Below are positions 50,586-63,068 of a DNA stretch of 64,000 bases, piece by piece. The DNA is taken from the NCBI GenBank assembly GCA_964016885.1, contig OZ024754.1, forward strand, positions 868,001-932,000, in the 5' to 3' direction. Numbering within the stretch: position 1 is the first letter of the stretch; each line of letters begins with the position of its first letter. A program made the translations under genes and the position numbers. Source of the DNA: Eledone cirrhosa. Lineage: Eukaryota. The notes beneath the pieces are model-generated. The model made no database searches. It saw nothing but the letters and a program-made list of their open reading frames with translations, and had not been told where the DNA came from.

Positions 50586-51062
50586 GTCAGTTCATTTTTA
50601 ATCACCCTTTTATTATTATTATTATTATTATTTTTTGGGCATGGGGGACTTTAGTTTAACTGTATTGATAATTAATCTAGGATTAAATGTAAATACGTAA
50701 CTATGTTTAAACAATAAGAAAATATCATTTTAGTGGTGAGTATGAGAAAGAATAAAGATATTTTCTATCATGAAAAAAATCTCTCTCTATTCCCTGTCTT
50801 TAATTCTATTAACTCCCCTATAAAGTAACTCTAATTTAACCCCCCTATATTCCCTCCTTTATTTTAACTCCCTACAAGTAACTCTAATTTAACTCTTCTA
50901 TATACTCTCTTTATCCTATTAACTCTCCTATAAAGTAACTCTAATTTAACCCTTCTATATTCCCCTTTTATCCTATTAACTACTCTATTAAGTAACTCTA
51001 ATATAATTGACTTCCTCTGTGTGATGCTTTTGATGGATTCTTTAACTGTTTGATCCTTGCAG

Positions 51063-51170
51063 GTTGCCCAACAAGAGGCTCAGCGTGCACAGTTTATTGT
51101 AGAGAAAGCTAAACAAGAACGTCAACAGAAGATAGTTCAGGCTGAAGGTGAAGCTGAAGCTGCCAGAATG
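51063..51170 (+). CDS. PHB2: PHB2 exon 6
   Basis: [36 protein letters not shown]; ends at an AT donor. Confidence 0.95.
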
Positions 51171-53223
51171 ATATCCATTTATTTGAACAGGGCTTTCTTT
51201 TACAGTTATATCAAAGACATAACAAACTCCCTAGTGTTGGTGATCTACATGATAAACACACCCAGTACACTCTGTAAAATGGTTGGTGATAGGAAAGACA
51301 TTCAGCTGGAGATAACTTGCCAAAGAAAAGGTCGGGAGGCCCTTACAGTTGTATCAAAACATGACAACCTCCCTAGTGTTGATGATCTGTTTGATAAACA
51401 CATCCAGTACACTCTGTAAAATTTTTGGTGATAGGAAGAACATCTAGCTGGAGATATAACTTGCCAAACAAATTACATTTATTAATCAGTTAATTGTCTT
51501 CTCTCTCTCACTCTTATAATTGACAAGATCCCAAATCTAATTTGCTTACCAAGTGGTGTTGAACTCGTCAGATTCAACCAAGGAAACAATGTTTCCATTG
51601 ATCTTTCCAATTGCTGATACTATTTCCCAGTCACAACTCCTGACAGAAGGAGCAACGTGAAATAGAGCGTCTTGCTCAAGGACATGAACATTGCCCAGCC
51701 TGGGAATTGGACTCACAACCTCACGAATGTGAATAACCATTGATGTTAATGTCGAATTACTCTTGGGTCTTGAATAATGCCCTCCCCCCCCCCCCCCGTT
51801 TATTAGTTTTTCAGATTTTTCCAACTCCCCGCTTATTAAATTTTACTAATCTACAGGGAAATTATATTTTAAGTGGTAGCATTCCTGCGATAAGTAATTT
51901 TGTTTAGACATTAAAATACACACATGACAAAAAGTACGTTGTAAGAAATCTCATACGTTATAAAATAAATTGAATGGGTTGTGGGTCTCGATATGTACGA
52001 CTGATTATCTTTTTTTTTAAAAAACAAATCAAGGGAGATAACCTAGAAACATTCCTGCTTTCCCTATTATTTGTGATCCGAGAGTATATAAATATTAATT
52101 GTTTCTACTTTTGGCACCAGGCCAGCAATTATCTCAGTGCATTACTGGTACTTTATTTTATCGACCCCGTAAGGATGAAAGGCAAAGTTAACCTCGGCGG
52201 GATTTGAACTCAGATCATAAAGGGAGGTAACTCTATGCTTCAAAGCATGGCGCCCGACCCTCTCTACCGATACTGCCAATCTACCGAAATATTAATGATG
52301 TTTAGTTTAATCGCAATCGCCCTACAAATAAGATAAAAAAGGTTATTTCCCTTCGAAAGAGTAACATTTAAACACCTGCCTTGGCAAGGTAGAGAATTAT
52401 AACATTGATGCTATCCTTGGGTGGGCAGGGACTTACAACATTGATGCTATCCTTGGGTGGGCAGGGAATTACAACATTGATGCTATCCTTGAGTGGGCAG
52501 GGACTTACAACATTGATGCTATCCTTGGGTGGGCAGGGAATTACAACATTGATGCTATCCTTGGGTGGGCAGGAGACTATAACATTGATGCTATCCTTGG
52601 GTGGGCAGGGAATTACAACATTGATGCTATCCTTGGGTGGGCAGGGACTTACAACATTGATGCTATCCTTGGGTGGGTAGGGACTTACAACATTGATGCT
52701 ATCCTTGGCAGGCAGGGGACTATGTTGATGCTATCCTTGGCAGGCAGGGGACTATGTTGATGCTATCCTTGGCAGGCAGGGGACTATGTTGATGCTATCC
52801 TTGGCAGGCAGGGGACTATGTTGATGCTATCCTTGGCAGGCAGGGGACTATGTTGATGCTATCCTTGGCAGGCAGGGGACTATGTTGATGCTATCCTTGG
52901 CAGGCAGGGGACTATAACGTTGATGCTATCCTTGGCAGGCAGGGGACTATGTTGATGCTATCCTTGGCAGGCAGGGGACTATGTTGATGATATCCTTGGC
53001 AGGCAGGGGACTATGTTGATGCTATCCTTGGCAGGCAGGGGACTATGTTGATGCTATCCTTAGTGATGATTATAATGATCACATCACAAGTTAAAAACAT
53101 TCTTTTTATTTCATAGTCCAAAGGAGGTGTTCATTGACTGCTAGGAAATATTTAAAGTGATTATTCAGTTATTATATATATATAAAAAAAGAAATTAATG
53201 TTTTGTTTCCTTAACAATATTAC
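51171..53223 (+). other. PHB2: U12-type (minor spliceosome) AT-AC intron of PHB2
   Basis: 5' site ATATCCAT, branch site TTTCCTTAAC (53206-53215) and 3' end TAC|. Splicing joins ..AARM|LGNAIS.. in frame. Confidence 0.92.
52398..53061. repeat. Minisatellite inside the U12 intron: 33-bp unit switching to a 29-bp unit
   Basis: ACATTGATGCTATCCTTGGGTGGGCAGGGACTT.. then GTTGATGCTATCCTTGGCAGGCAGGGGACTAT.. Confidence 0.92.
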
Positions 53224-53301
53224 CTTGGTAATGCGATATCTCAAAACCCTGGATACCTAAAGTTGAGGAAGATACGGGCTGCACAATCAATTGCTAAAAC
53301 T
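53224..53301 (+). CDS. PHB2: PHB2 exon 7
   Basis: [26 protein letters not shown]; donor gtatgt. Confidence 0.95.
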
Positions 53302-53394
53302 GTATGTATCTCTCATTTGTTTTCTTATCTTTTTCATCTGCTTTAATAAAACCAAGTCTCTTAATATTTTTCATTTACCGTCATCAAGCAATCG

Positions 53395-56300
53395 TACTAC
53401 AGGAAAAGGAACAAGAATATGAAGACGTCGCATCTCAGAGTTGCAACACTTAATGTTGGCACTCTCATATGTAGATCTGGTGAAATAGTGGAGATGCTGG
53501 AGACAAGGCATGTGGATGTGTGCTGCGTGCAAGAGGGGAGATGGAGAGGTGCCTCTGCGAGACTAATCACAGGCAAACATCTTAGTTATAAGCTTTTCTG
53601 GGTGGGCAATGATGATGAGTTAGGGGGAGTAGGCATTTTCCTGGCTGAAAGATGGATCGAGTTAGTAATAGAATAAGTAAACTTAGATTAGTTGTCGGCA
53701 GGAGACTACTGACAATCATCTCTGCCTATGCTCCCCAGGCAGGCCTAGGTAAAGAAGAGAAGGACTGCTTTTACGAGCAACTTTTACAGACAGCCTCAAT
53801 GACAGGACGAAGACATCGTTATGCTAGCAGGGGCCTTCAATGGTCATGTTGGACAGCTCCAGGATGGTTACACTGGGGTACATGGTGGGCATGGTTACAG
53901 CTCAAGAAATGAAGGAGTGAGGCTTCTTGAATTTTGTGATGCAAATACACTAACCATTTGCAACACTAACTTACAGAAACCTGCCAACCACCTAATAACC
54001 TACAAATCAGGCAAGCACATAAGCCAGATTGACTTCTTGCTAATTAGGCAGCGGGAAAGGCAGATGGAGTCAAATAACAAGGCATACTCCGGGGAAGAAT
54101 GTACCCCACAGCATAGGTTAGTCGTTAGTGATATCTCAGTAAGCAACAGACGGAATGAGACATAGAGGAAGGTGTGGAGAAGAAAGGTCTGGAAGCTAAA
54201 AGACTTTTCACTAAAATACAAATTTAGGAAAGCCCTTCAAGATGTGTATGACGTAAAAGAAGACGATTTAGAGTCGTATGACATAGATAATAACTGGAAT
54301 TTCTTACGTGACAACTTACTGCAGGCTACTGATGAAACTTGTGGCTGGAGCAGAGCTCCAACCAGACAGAGAGTGACTTGGTGGTGGAACAGCACGGTAG
54401 ATAGGGCCATTAGAGACAAAAGACTAGCATGGAATGCTTGTAAAAATGGTGGAAGTAGTGAAGGATATACAGCCGCTAAGAGAGAAGCTAGACATCAGGT
54501 GTACTTAGCACGCAGGGAGGCTGAGAGTAGGAGGTTTGCCAATGTTCTGCCAAAGATCAGAGACGTGCAGTGTTCTGCATTGCAAGGCAGTGTGTCAGTG
54601 CAAATCAGGATGTTGTTGGAGACAAGTGTGTCCGGAATGATGTCGGTGTACTTAGTGTGACGAATGATCAGAAAAAGGAGGCCTGGAAATGTCATTATGA
54701 GAGACTGATGAATGTGGAGAACGAATGGGAGAGAGAGAAATTAGCTTCAGTAGATCGGACAGGGACCAGCTATTGAGATTGACGAATATAGGGTCCAAGA
54801 GGCGATTAAGGAAATGAAAAATGGTAAGGCCGCTGGGCCGTCGGGGATAGTTGCTGAGATGCTGAAGGCATCAGGAGACGTAGGCACTAAACTGGTTGCA
54901 CGCATCATCAATCAGGCTATATATGGCGGTGTCATATCCAAAGACTGGTGCAGCAGTATTCTCATAAATTGCTACAAAGGTAAAGGGGATGCTCTGGAGA
55001 GGAGCAATTATAGGGGCATAAAACTGATGGATCAGGTCATGAAAGTGGCAGAAAGGATATTAGCGCAAATAATTAGAGAAAAGGTCAAACTAGATGAGAT
55101 GCAGTTTGGTTTTGTGCCTCGGAAAAGTACAACAGATGCCCTCTTCTTAGTGGGACAATTACGAGAAGTTCTTAGAGAAAAAGAAGCCACTATACTTAGC
55201 TTTTGTTGACCTAGAGAAGGCCTTTGATAGGGTACCCCGATCTGTCATCTGGTGGTCCCTAAGGAAGCTGTGCGTTGAGGAATGGCTTGTGGACAGTGCA
55301 AGCTTTGTACAGAGGTGTTGTCAGTAAAGTGAGGGTAGGAATGGAGTTTAGTGAGGAATTCCAGATACAAGTAGGAGTACATCAGGGTTCGGTCCTCAGC
55401 CCGCTCTTATTCATTATAGTCCTCCAAGCCATAACACAGGAGTTTAAGACTGGCTGTCCATGGGAACTTCTCTATGCTGACGATCTGGTTCTTATAGCAG
55501 AATAATCAGTAGAGGAGCTAGAGATTAAATTCTGGCTATGGAAACAGCAGTTGGAATCAAGAGGACTGAGAATGAACCTAGCTAAGACAAAAGTGTTGAT
55601 GAGTAGAAAAGAGGACAAAACTCTGATTCCGTCAGGGAAATGACCATGTTCGATATGCAGAAAAGGAACTGGCATAAATTCTATAAAATGTACACAATGC
55701 AGATCTTGGGTACACAAGAGATGATGTAGTGGGATAGCAGACAGGGAAATTTGACAGTAGAAGTCGCATTGATAGACACATTTTTCAAATGCAGGAGGGT
55801 GCTATAGAAGTGGTTGATAGCTTCGGGTATGTAGGTGATCAGATTAGCATGGGAGAGGGGGGGGGGGTTCCGAGGCCATAGTATCTAGAATAAGGACTGG
55901 TTGGAAGAAGTTTAGGGAGCTACTTCCTCTGCTGACGAAGAAGGGGTTCTCCCTGTGTACGAATCGCCGGTTATATGATGCTAGTGTGAGGTGCGCGATG
56001 CTGCATGGTAGTGAGACATGGGCTGCAACTGCAGAGGATATGCGACGGCTGGAGAGAAATAAGGCAAGCATGTTCTGTTGGATGTGCAATGTCAATGTGC
56101 GTGAACGGCCGAGCATGGATGTGTTGAGAGAGAAACTGTGTCTGAGAGGGATAAATTGTAGTGTGAGGGAGAGGAGACTACAATGGTATGGACATGTGAT
56201 GCATATGGTGGATGAACGATGGGTCAAGAAATGCCAGTTGAAGGAAGACGTAGTAGAGGAAGACAACGAAAAATATGGGCGGAGGTGGTGAGAGCAGACC

Positions 56301-56424
56301 TCAGATCACTGAAGCTCACGGTGGAGATGACGAAGGACCGTGATAAGTGGAGAGATGCTGTGCGGAATAGGACCTGTCCCACCCTTGCAAGCTGGGAAAA
56401 GCATACGTAAAATGATGATGATGA
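53395..56424 (+). mobile_element. Near full-length but decayed RTE LINE (APE-RT-PHD-tail) in PHB2 intron 7
   Basis: LRVATLNVGTL, CCVQE, ISAYAPQ, SQIDFLL, GKAAGPSGI, QFGFVP, LLYADD and LQWYGHV motifs, then (GAT)n. Several frameshifts and stops. Confidence 0.93.
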
Positions 56425-57135
56425 TAGGAGCCTTATCCTCTTTAAACCTTTACCATCTACATTACTCTATATATATACTATTGTAATTTCACGGTAAACA
56501 CTTTATTTCACAAAATTATCTCATAATATTGAATCTACAAGATTTTGATATTGTTTATTTTGAGAACAATACCTTAACATAAGTATGAGTAGCCAGTTAC
56601 AGCTGGTTTGAACAGAAAGAGGTCAGAGAATTCTGGCCAGATATAGCCAATTTAAATGCTAAAGTGTTAAATGATTTTCTAGGTTTGCTGCACATTTAGA
56701 TAGTAGTTGTCAGTTTTTCCTTGAGTTGATAATGCACAACTACATGATGAGAGGAATATTTCATAATTTGATAGTTTGTATTTTTTCTAAACAGAGTTGG
56801 GAAGACTCTTCAGTTGTGGAACAGTCTTGTTTGATAAAGCTGGCCCTTTGGCTATCTCTTTTGTTACCATATTTCTAATAAAAGACACTGCATATTGTAA
56901 GAAGTGACTAAATGGGTAGGCGTCAGGAATGACATTCGGCGGTAAAACATTGTCTCAAACCAATCCAACTCCAGCCTGGAAAAGTAGGCATAAAAACGAT
57001 GATGATGACCATTTAAAATAATCAAGTCTGTATCATAGAACAAGGGGCAACTCTGGTACCAAGTCTTAAACAACATATTAATGTTTTTTAGTAAAAATTT
57101 AATTGCATTTTTATTATTATTATTTCTTTTTTTAG

Positions 57136-57237
57136 ATTGCATCTTCCCAGAATCGGGCTTTCTTGAATTCCAATTCCTTGATGTTGAACATTATGGATCC
57201 TTTATTTGGAGATTCTGCCAACAGTCTGAAAAAGTAA
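57136..57237 (+). CDS. PHB2: PHB2 exon 8 (last)
   Basis: tttag|IASSQNRAFLNSNSLMLNIMDPLFGDSANSLKK*. Total CDS 891 nt = 296 aa; AATAAA at 57381. Confidence 0.93.
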   Translation: MASSQNRAFLNSNSLMLNIMDPLFGDSANSLKK

Positions 57238-57529
57238 TTCATATCATAATTCCTAACACTTTGAAAAATACAGGTTTACTCACCTGAAACAACCCACGAT
57301 TAGTAGTGAGAATAGTTTGAAAAATTGAAATATCTAATTAATATTATTATTTTTTCCTAAATTTGTGCAATCACAAACTAAATAAAACCAAAAATATTGT
57401 ATATGTATTCTTTTTTTGTGTTTTCTCTTGATTCCAAATTTTGAAGAAAAGTTATGATTACAACAGCATATTTGGATGTACACGAGGTGTATCTGGAAGC
57501 AGCGACTAATCTCTCAGAGGCTGAGGTCA

Positions 57530-58838
57530 CGAGCAGTTAAAGAGCTCAAATGTGCCAAGGCCGCTGGGGAAGATGAAATCCGGCCAGAGATATTAAAAGG
57601 TATTCTCTGGCTGATTCGTGTGCGCTGGCTGGCTTGGATCTCTGGAAAGGTACCTAAGCAATGGCAATTGAGTGATAATCCCAATTTTCAAAAAGGGAGA
57701 CAAGAGAGATTGTTTCAATTACAGAGAGATCTTGTTAATCCGCGTCGGTGAAGTCTATGCTAAGTGTCTGGCAAAGAGAGGCAGGGAGATCGTCGAGTCC
57801 AACCTAGCTGACAAACAATGCTTTTTTTTTGCCCTGGACGCAGCACAGCCGACCAAATATTCACACTGTGGCAGGTCTTTGAGAAATCGTGGGACTATTG
57901 CCAAGAGGTATATTCTTGTTTTGCTGACCTTGCAATGGCATATGACTGCGTTCTTCGGAACCTGCTGTGGAAGGTTGTGCAGGAGTATGGGATTGATGGT
58001 TAGCTTCTTGTTGCCCTGATGTCTATACGAATGCTCAAGTATTTGTGTTGGGATAAATGGTGCTAAATCGAAACCATTCAATGTGGGCGTCGGACTCCCA
58101 CAAGGATGTATACTGTCACTTGAACAGGATTGACATACACAGCCGGGTTGGAAGTGGTATCGTGACTGGTCGGTGTAAAATCAGTTGGCTGGAATTTGCA
58201 GATGACATGGTGTTACTTAACTCGACAGATGATCTTGGACGTGCGCTCGATAGGTTTGATGCAGAGTGCTACATGGTTGGAATGAAAATCAGTGCTGCGA
58301 AAACTGAGACACTTGTCCTCTCAAGGAAGCCTGCTTGTGAATGGAGTTCCACTGAAGCAGGTAGAGAAGTTCAAGTATCTCAGGGCTGTGTTCATGAGTG
58401 ATGGAAGGCAGGAGGCTGATTTAAGTGCAAGAATTGTAGGAGCTGACGCAGTAATATGCCAGCTTCAGTATTCAGTATTCAGAAGAAGGGAGGTAGGCAT
58501 AAAAGCCAAACTCACTATCTTCGATTCGTTATTTGTGTCAACGTTTACTTTTGGTCATGAATCTTGAGTAATGACGGAAATAATACAAACAGCTGAAATG
58601 GGGTTCCTAGAAAGGGTCTTTGGAGTAACGTTACTCGATAGAGTGCGTAGCTTGGAGATCAGAGAGTCACTCTAGATAGAGCCACTACTTCTCCGAATTG
58701 AGAGATCACAGCTCCGATATTATGGGGATGTGATTAGAATATCTCAGGAAAGAATTGCTGGACAGATTTTATGGGCAAAACCAACTGGCAAGAGACCCAG
58801 AGCAAGATGGTTGGATAACATCCATGAGCTTGGTTGGA
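57530..58838 (+). mobile_element. Decayed RTE LINE of a second family (no PHD insert)
   Basis: KAAGEDEIRPE, IIPIFKKGD..NYR, GRSTADQIFTL, FADDMVLL and VEKFKYL motifs. Confidence 0.88.
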
Positions 58839-58980
58839 TGATGGTAAACTAGATACTATAGTTTAAGTTGAAGTGGTTGTTGGACCTTCTAATACTCTCT
58901 GGAGTAGCACCATTTTAAACTGAATAACTGATGTCAATTCTACAAACTAATGGCATTAAGTTTTGTCTTTCTAAAGCTGA

Positions 58981-60670
58981 GAGTTTCACCAGACTGGAGT
59001 TTATTCTGGTTTTATTGGTGAATGTATCAATCGTTCTAGGCAGCGATTGGCAGAGTCGTTAAGAAGCCGGATAGAATGCTTTACGGTATTCGTCTCACCT
59101 CATTGTAATCTTCATTAATCGTTACTCTGGGTGAGATGCTAGTCTGTTACTCATTCCACACTCCCAGCTGAGTGAACTGAACTGAAATGCTTTTCTCAAG
59201 GACACAACGTGCCACTAGGTGAGATGCAGGGAATTGAATACACTTGCGATTCAACCCCCTAACCACCAGATCACATGCCTTTGTTCTTCAGAGTATTATG
59301 ATGGGAATTATCAAGTCTTTCGATAAATAATAAAAAACACATTTGCTTGTAACTAATGTGTTGTATTGGTTCCTTGAGGCTGCAAATTTCATTAGCCCCC
59401 CCCCCCCCCCATCTCTAGAAATTACCTGCCAAATACAAAGCAACGTGTTTTATAGCTTGTAATTGTTGACAAGAACAAATTTCATTCTTATTAAAAAATA
59501 TATGTATATAAATATACCATTGTCATATAAATCGACAAAACGAGTTTCACCAGACTGGAGTTTATTCTGGTTTTATTGGTGAATGTATCAATCGTTCTAG
59601 GCAGCGATTGGCAGAGTCGTTAAGAAGCCGGATAGAATGCTTTACGGTATTCGTCTCACCTCATTGTAATCTTCATTAATCGTTACTCTGGGTGAGATGC
59701 TAGTCTGTTACTCATTCCACACTCCCAGCTGAGTGAACCGAACTGAAATGCTTTTCTCAAGGACACAACGTGCCACTAGGTGAGATGCAGGGAATTGAAT
59801 ACACTTGCGATTCAACCCCCTAACCACCAGATCACATGCCTTTGTTCTTCAGAGTATTATGATGGGAATTATCAAGTCTTTCGATAAATAATAAAAAACA
59901 CATTTGCTTGTAACTAATGTGTTGTATTGGTTCCTTGAGGCTGCAAATTTCATTAGCCCCCCCCCCCCCCCCATCTCTAGAAATTACCTGCCAAATACAA
60001 AGCAACGTGTTTTATAGCTTGTAATTGTTGACAAGAACAAATTTCATTCTTATTAAAAAATATATGTATATAAATATACCATTGTCATATAAATCGACAA
60101 AACGAGTTTCACCAGACTGGAGTTTATTCTGGTTTTATTGGTGAATGTATCAATCGTTCTAGGCAGCGATTGGCAGAGTCGTTAAGAAGCCAGATAGAAT
60201 GCTTTACGGTATTCGTCTCACCTCATTGTAATCTTCATTAATCGTTACTCTGGGTGAGATGCTAGTCTGTTACTCATTCCACACTCCCAGCTGAGTGAAC
60301 TGAACTGAAATGCTTTTCTCAAGGACACAACGTGCCACTAGGTGAGATGCAGGGAATTGAATACACTTGCGATTCAACCCCCTAACCACCAGATCACATG
60401 CCTTTGTTCTTCAGAGTATTATGATGGGAATTATCAAGTCTTTCGATAAATAATAAAAAACACATTTGCTTGTAACTAATGTGTTGTATTGGTTCCTTGA
60501 GGCTGCAAATTTCATTAGCCCCCCCCCCCCCCCCCATCTCTAGAAATTACCTGCCAAATACAAAGCAACGTGTTTTATAGCTTGTAATTGTTGACAAGAA
60601 CAAATTTCATTCTTATTAAAAAATATATGTATATAAATATACCATTGTCATATAAATCGACAAAAACGAG
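58981..60670. repeat. Three near-identical tandem copies of a unit of about 562 bp containing a decayed SINE
   Basis: Units start at 58981, 59542 and 60104 (GAGTTTCACCAGACTGG) and differ mainly in poly-C length. Confidence 0.95.
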
Positions 60671-61247
60671 TCGAAGAGGCACCTTTTGAGAGTTAACGAA
60701 ATTCTGTATGTGACAGTAATCTAATAAATGGCTCATTATCTTGGCACAAACATTTGCCAATTTTAGAGTGAAAAGCGTTAGATTTGACGCGTAATTTTAG
60801 AGATGTGGGCGTGCTTTTTTAAAACTCTTTAACTTTTTATTTCAGAACATTTTTGCGGTATCCACTAATTAGATATAAAAAATCATTTACTTTTTGTTTA
60901 TAAATGCCTAAGCCCTAACTGAAAGTCACATCTGTATCTATCATAAGTATCTATGAATATATTTTATAAAAGACGATGTCCCTCATCAGAAGATAGAATG
61001 AGAGATAGAAGAAAAAAATAGAAAGACAGACGAGAAAGAAACGGAAATTTTGTTTTCCGGAGGAAAATACGTGCAGTTAGTCATTTTGAATGTGTATCTA
61101 TAAATATATATAGATATATAAATATATATAGACACTGACCCCAATTGGACCAACAGTACTGTCGTCAGAGGCGAACATTGTTTACGTCAATTTCGACCGC
61201 CAATGTCCGCGGTATTCTGGTATATGTTACCAATTTTACTATATATA

Positions 61248-61714
61248 CGAGGGTCGCCAGAAAAGTTTATAGGCTGACCAAGATATTCTCATGGAATGTG
61301 ACCAAATAAGGATTATTTTTTAATATAGTTCCTCTTGCGGTCCACACACTTCTTCCATTGGTGTTGCGGTGCTTGGATCCCATTGGTAAGGAAGCTTTCA
61401 TCTTGTTGGTAAAACAAGTCATCAACAGTAGCTGATGACATCATCACTGCGATACTAGTTCCCAACCAAGTGTTTTTTCATGTTGGGGAGCAGATGATAG
61501 TCAGATGGGACCAAATTAGGAGAATAGGGAGGGTGATTAGCCACTTCAAAGCCACAGTTGTACACAGCAGCCATTGAAACTAAGGACTTGTGTATTGGAG
61601 CATTGTCCTGTTGAAACAAGACCCCTTTCGTCGGTTTTCCTGGGTGTTTGGTCTTGATAGCTCTTCGTAACTGCCTCAGCAAGTTGGCATAGTACTCTCA
61701 GTTGATGGCGTGGC

Positions 61715-61716
<2 letters not shown>
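61248..61716 (-). mobile_element. Mariner transposon 3' fragment
   Basis: QQDNAPIH and HPPYSPNLVPSDYHL catalytic motifs; TA|CGAGGGTCGCCAGAAAAGTTTATAGGCTGAC TIR. Confidence 0.88.
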
Positions 61717-61754
<38 letters not shown>

Positions 61755-62129
61755 GTTTCTACTTTTGGCACAAGGCCAGCAATTACCCAGTGCATTACTG
61801 GTACTTTATTTTATCGACCCCGTAAGAATGAAAGGCAAAGTTAACCTCGGCGGGATTTGAACTCACATCATAAAAGGCCGTAACTCTATGCTGCAAAGCA
61901 TGTCGTCCGACCCTCAACCGATACTGCCAATCCACAATATATGTAAAAGAGATTAAAGAACGCCTACATACTCATACAATTTTTATAGGCGTTCTTTCAT
62001 CTCTTTTACATATAACGACTCTGTTCTTGTACATTGAGCTAATACAATACTGTCACAAATACGACACGGTGTAGGTGCGTTTATGCACATACGTTGTCTA
62101 CGTAAATATATAAATATATATATATATAT

Positions 62130-62261
62130 ATCATTTCTGAAGACAGCATGTATATGTGAAGGTATGTATATTTCCTCTGATAATTTGTAATATTTTTACA
62201 TAGATCTATATGATATACATACCAACACACATATACATCCTAGAAACGATCGTAAAATGAT
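62130..62261 (+). ncRNA. Type I hammerhead ribozyme with a stem II of about 100 nt
   Basis: ATCATTT CTGAAGA CAGCATGTATATGTG..GGTATGTATAT...ATATACATACC..CACATATACATCCTA GAAA CGATCG TA AAATGAT; GUA triplet. Confidence 0.82.
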
Positions 62262-62444
62262 GAATTTTTTAATATAAGGAACTCGTTCTTTGTTTTTATT
62301 TCATTGTTTTTATTAATATATATATATATGACTGTATATCCGTATGTTATACACTGGTAATTAATATTTGTAAGCTTTCACTTTAATCACACCTGAAATA
62401 CGACAACTGAGGGTAACAAAATATAGATAGACTATATATATAGA

Positions 62445-62792
62445 CGTACAAGCTGGGCTAGGTGTAGTGTTGTTCCCACCTCACAGATTAGTCGTACAAG
62501 CTGGGCTAGGTGTAGTGTTGATCCCACCTCACAGATTAGTCGTACAAGCTGGGCTAGGTGTAGTGTTGTTCCCACCTCACAGATTAGTCGTACAAGCTGG
62601 GCTAGGTGTAGTGTTGTTCCCACCTCACAGATTAGTCGTACAAGCTGGGCTAGGTGTAGTGTTGTTCCCACCTCACAGATTAGTCGTACAAGCTGGGCTA
62701 GGTGTAGTGTTGTTCTCACCTCACAGATTAGTCGTACAAGCTGGGCTAGGTGTAGTGTTGTTCTCACCTCACAGATTAGTCGTACAAGCTGG
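62445..62792. repeat. 48-bp minisatellite, about 7 copies
   Basis: Unit CGTACAAGCTGGGCTAGGTGTAGTGTTGTTCCCACCTCACAGATTAGT. Confidence 0.95.
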
Positions 62793-63025
62793 TGAAAGAT
62801 GGTGTGTGTGTCTCTGCAAAAAACTACTAAAAAGCTAACAAAATAAATCAGACACACACAGATAGAACAAACATCCAACTATTGACAAATAAATAAAACA
62901 TCAATAAATAAATAAACACGCACACACACACCCGGATGTAACGCATGCGCAAACTAAGCACACAACACACACAAACAAGATGGTGTAGGACAGAACAAAG
63001 GAGAGACACACAAAATAAAACCCTA

Positions 63026-63068
63026 GTCACTGAGGAGATCACAGATTGTGTGACTAAAGAGCTTTGAC
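63026..63068 (+). ncRNA. Degenerate hammerhead motif (GAAA changed to TAAA)
   Basis: GTCA CTGAGGA GATCACA GATTG TGTGAC TAAA GAGC TT TGAC. Confidence 0.45.

Noticed and set aside
51171-51419. Extension of the PHB2 exon 6 ORF as the true C-terminus
   Set aside because: Prohibitin similarity stops at AARM and resumes at 53224; the extension is intronic and repeat-derived.
45010-57135. Intronic sno/scaRNA in PHB2, as hosted by the vertebrate gene
   Set aside because: I could not identify a convincing C/D or H/ACA structure by eye; an Infernal or snoscan search would be needed.
60950-60996. Minus-strand CTGATGA GGGAC ATC GTCTT hammerhead
   Set aside because: The GAAA box is missing, so it is counted only as a decayed relative of the 10824 motif.
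62432-62878. Repetitive ORFs (also at 32317-32750, 52405-52680 and 7285-7576)
   Set aside because: Translations of 48-, 44-, 33- and about 31-bp tandem repeats.
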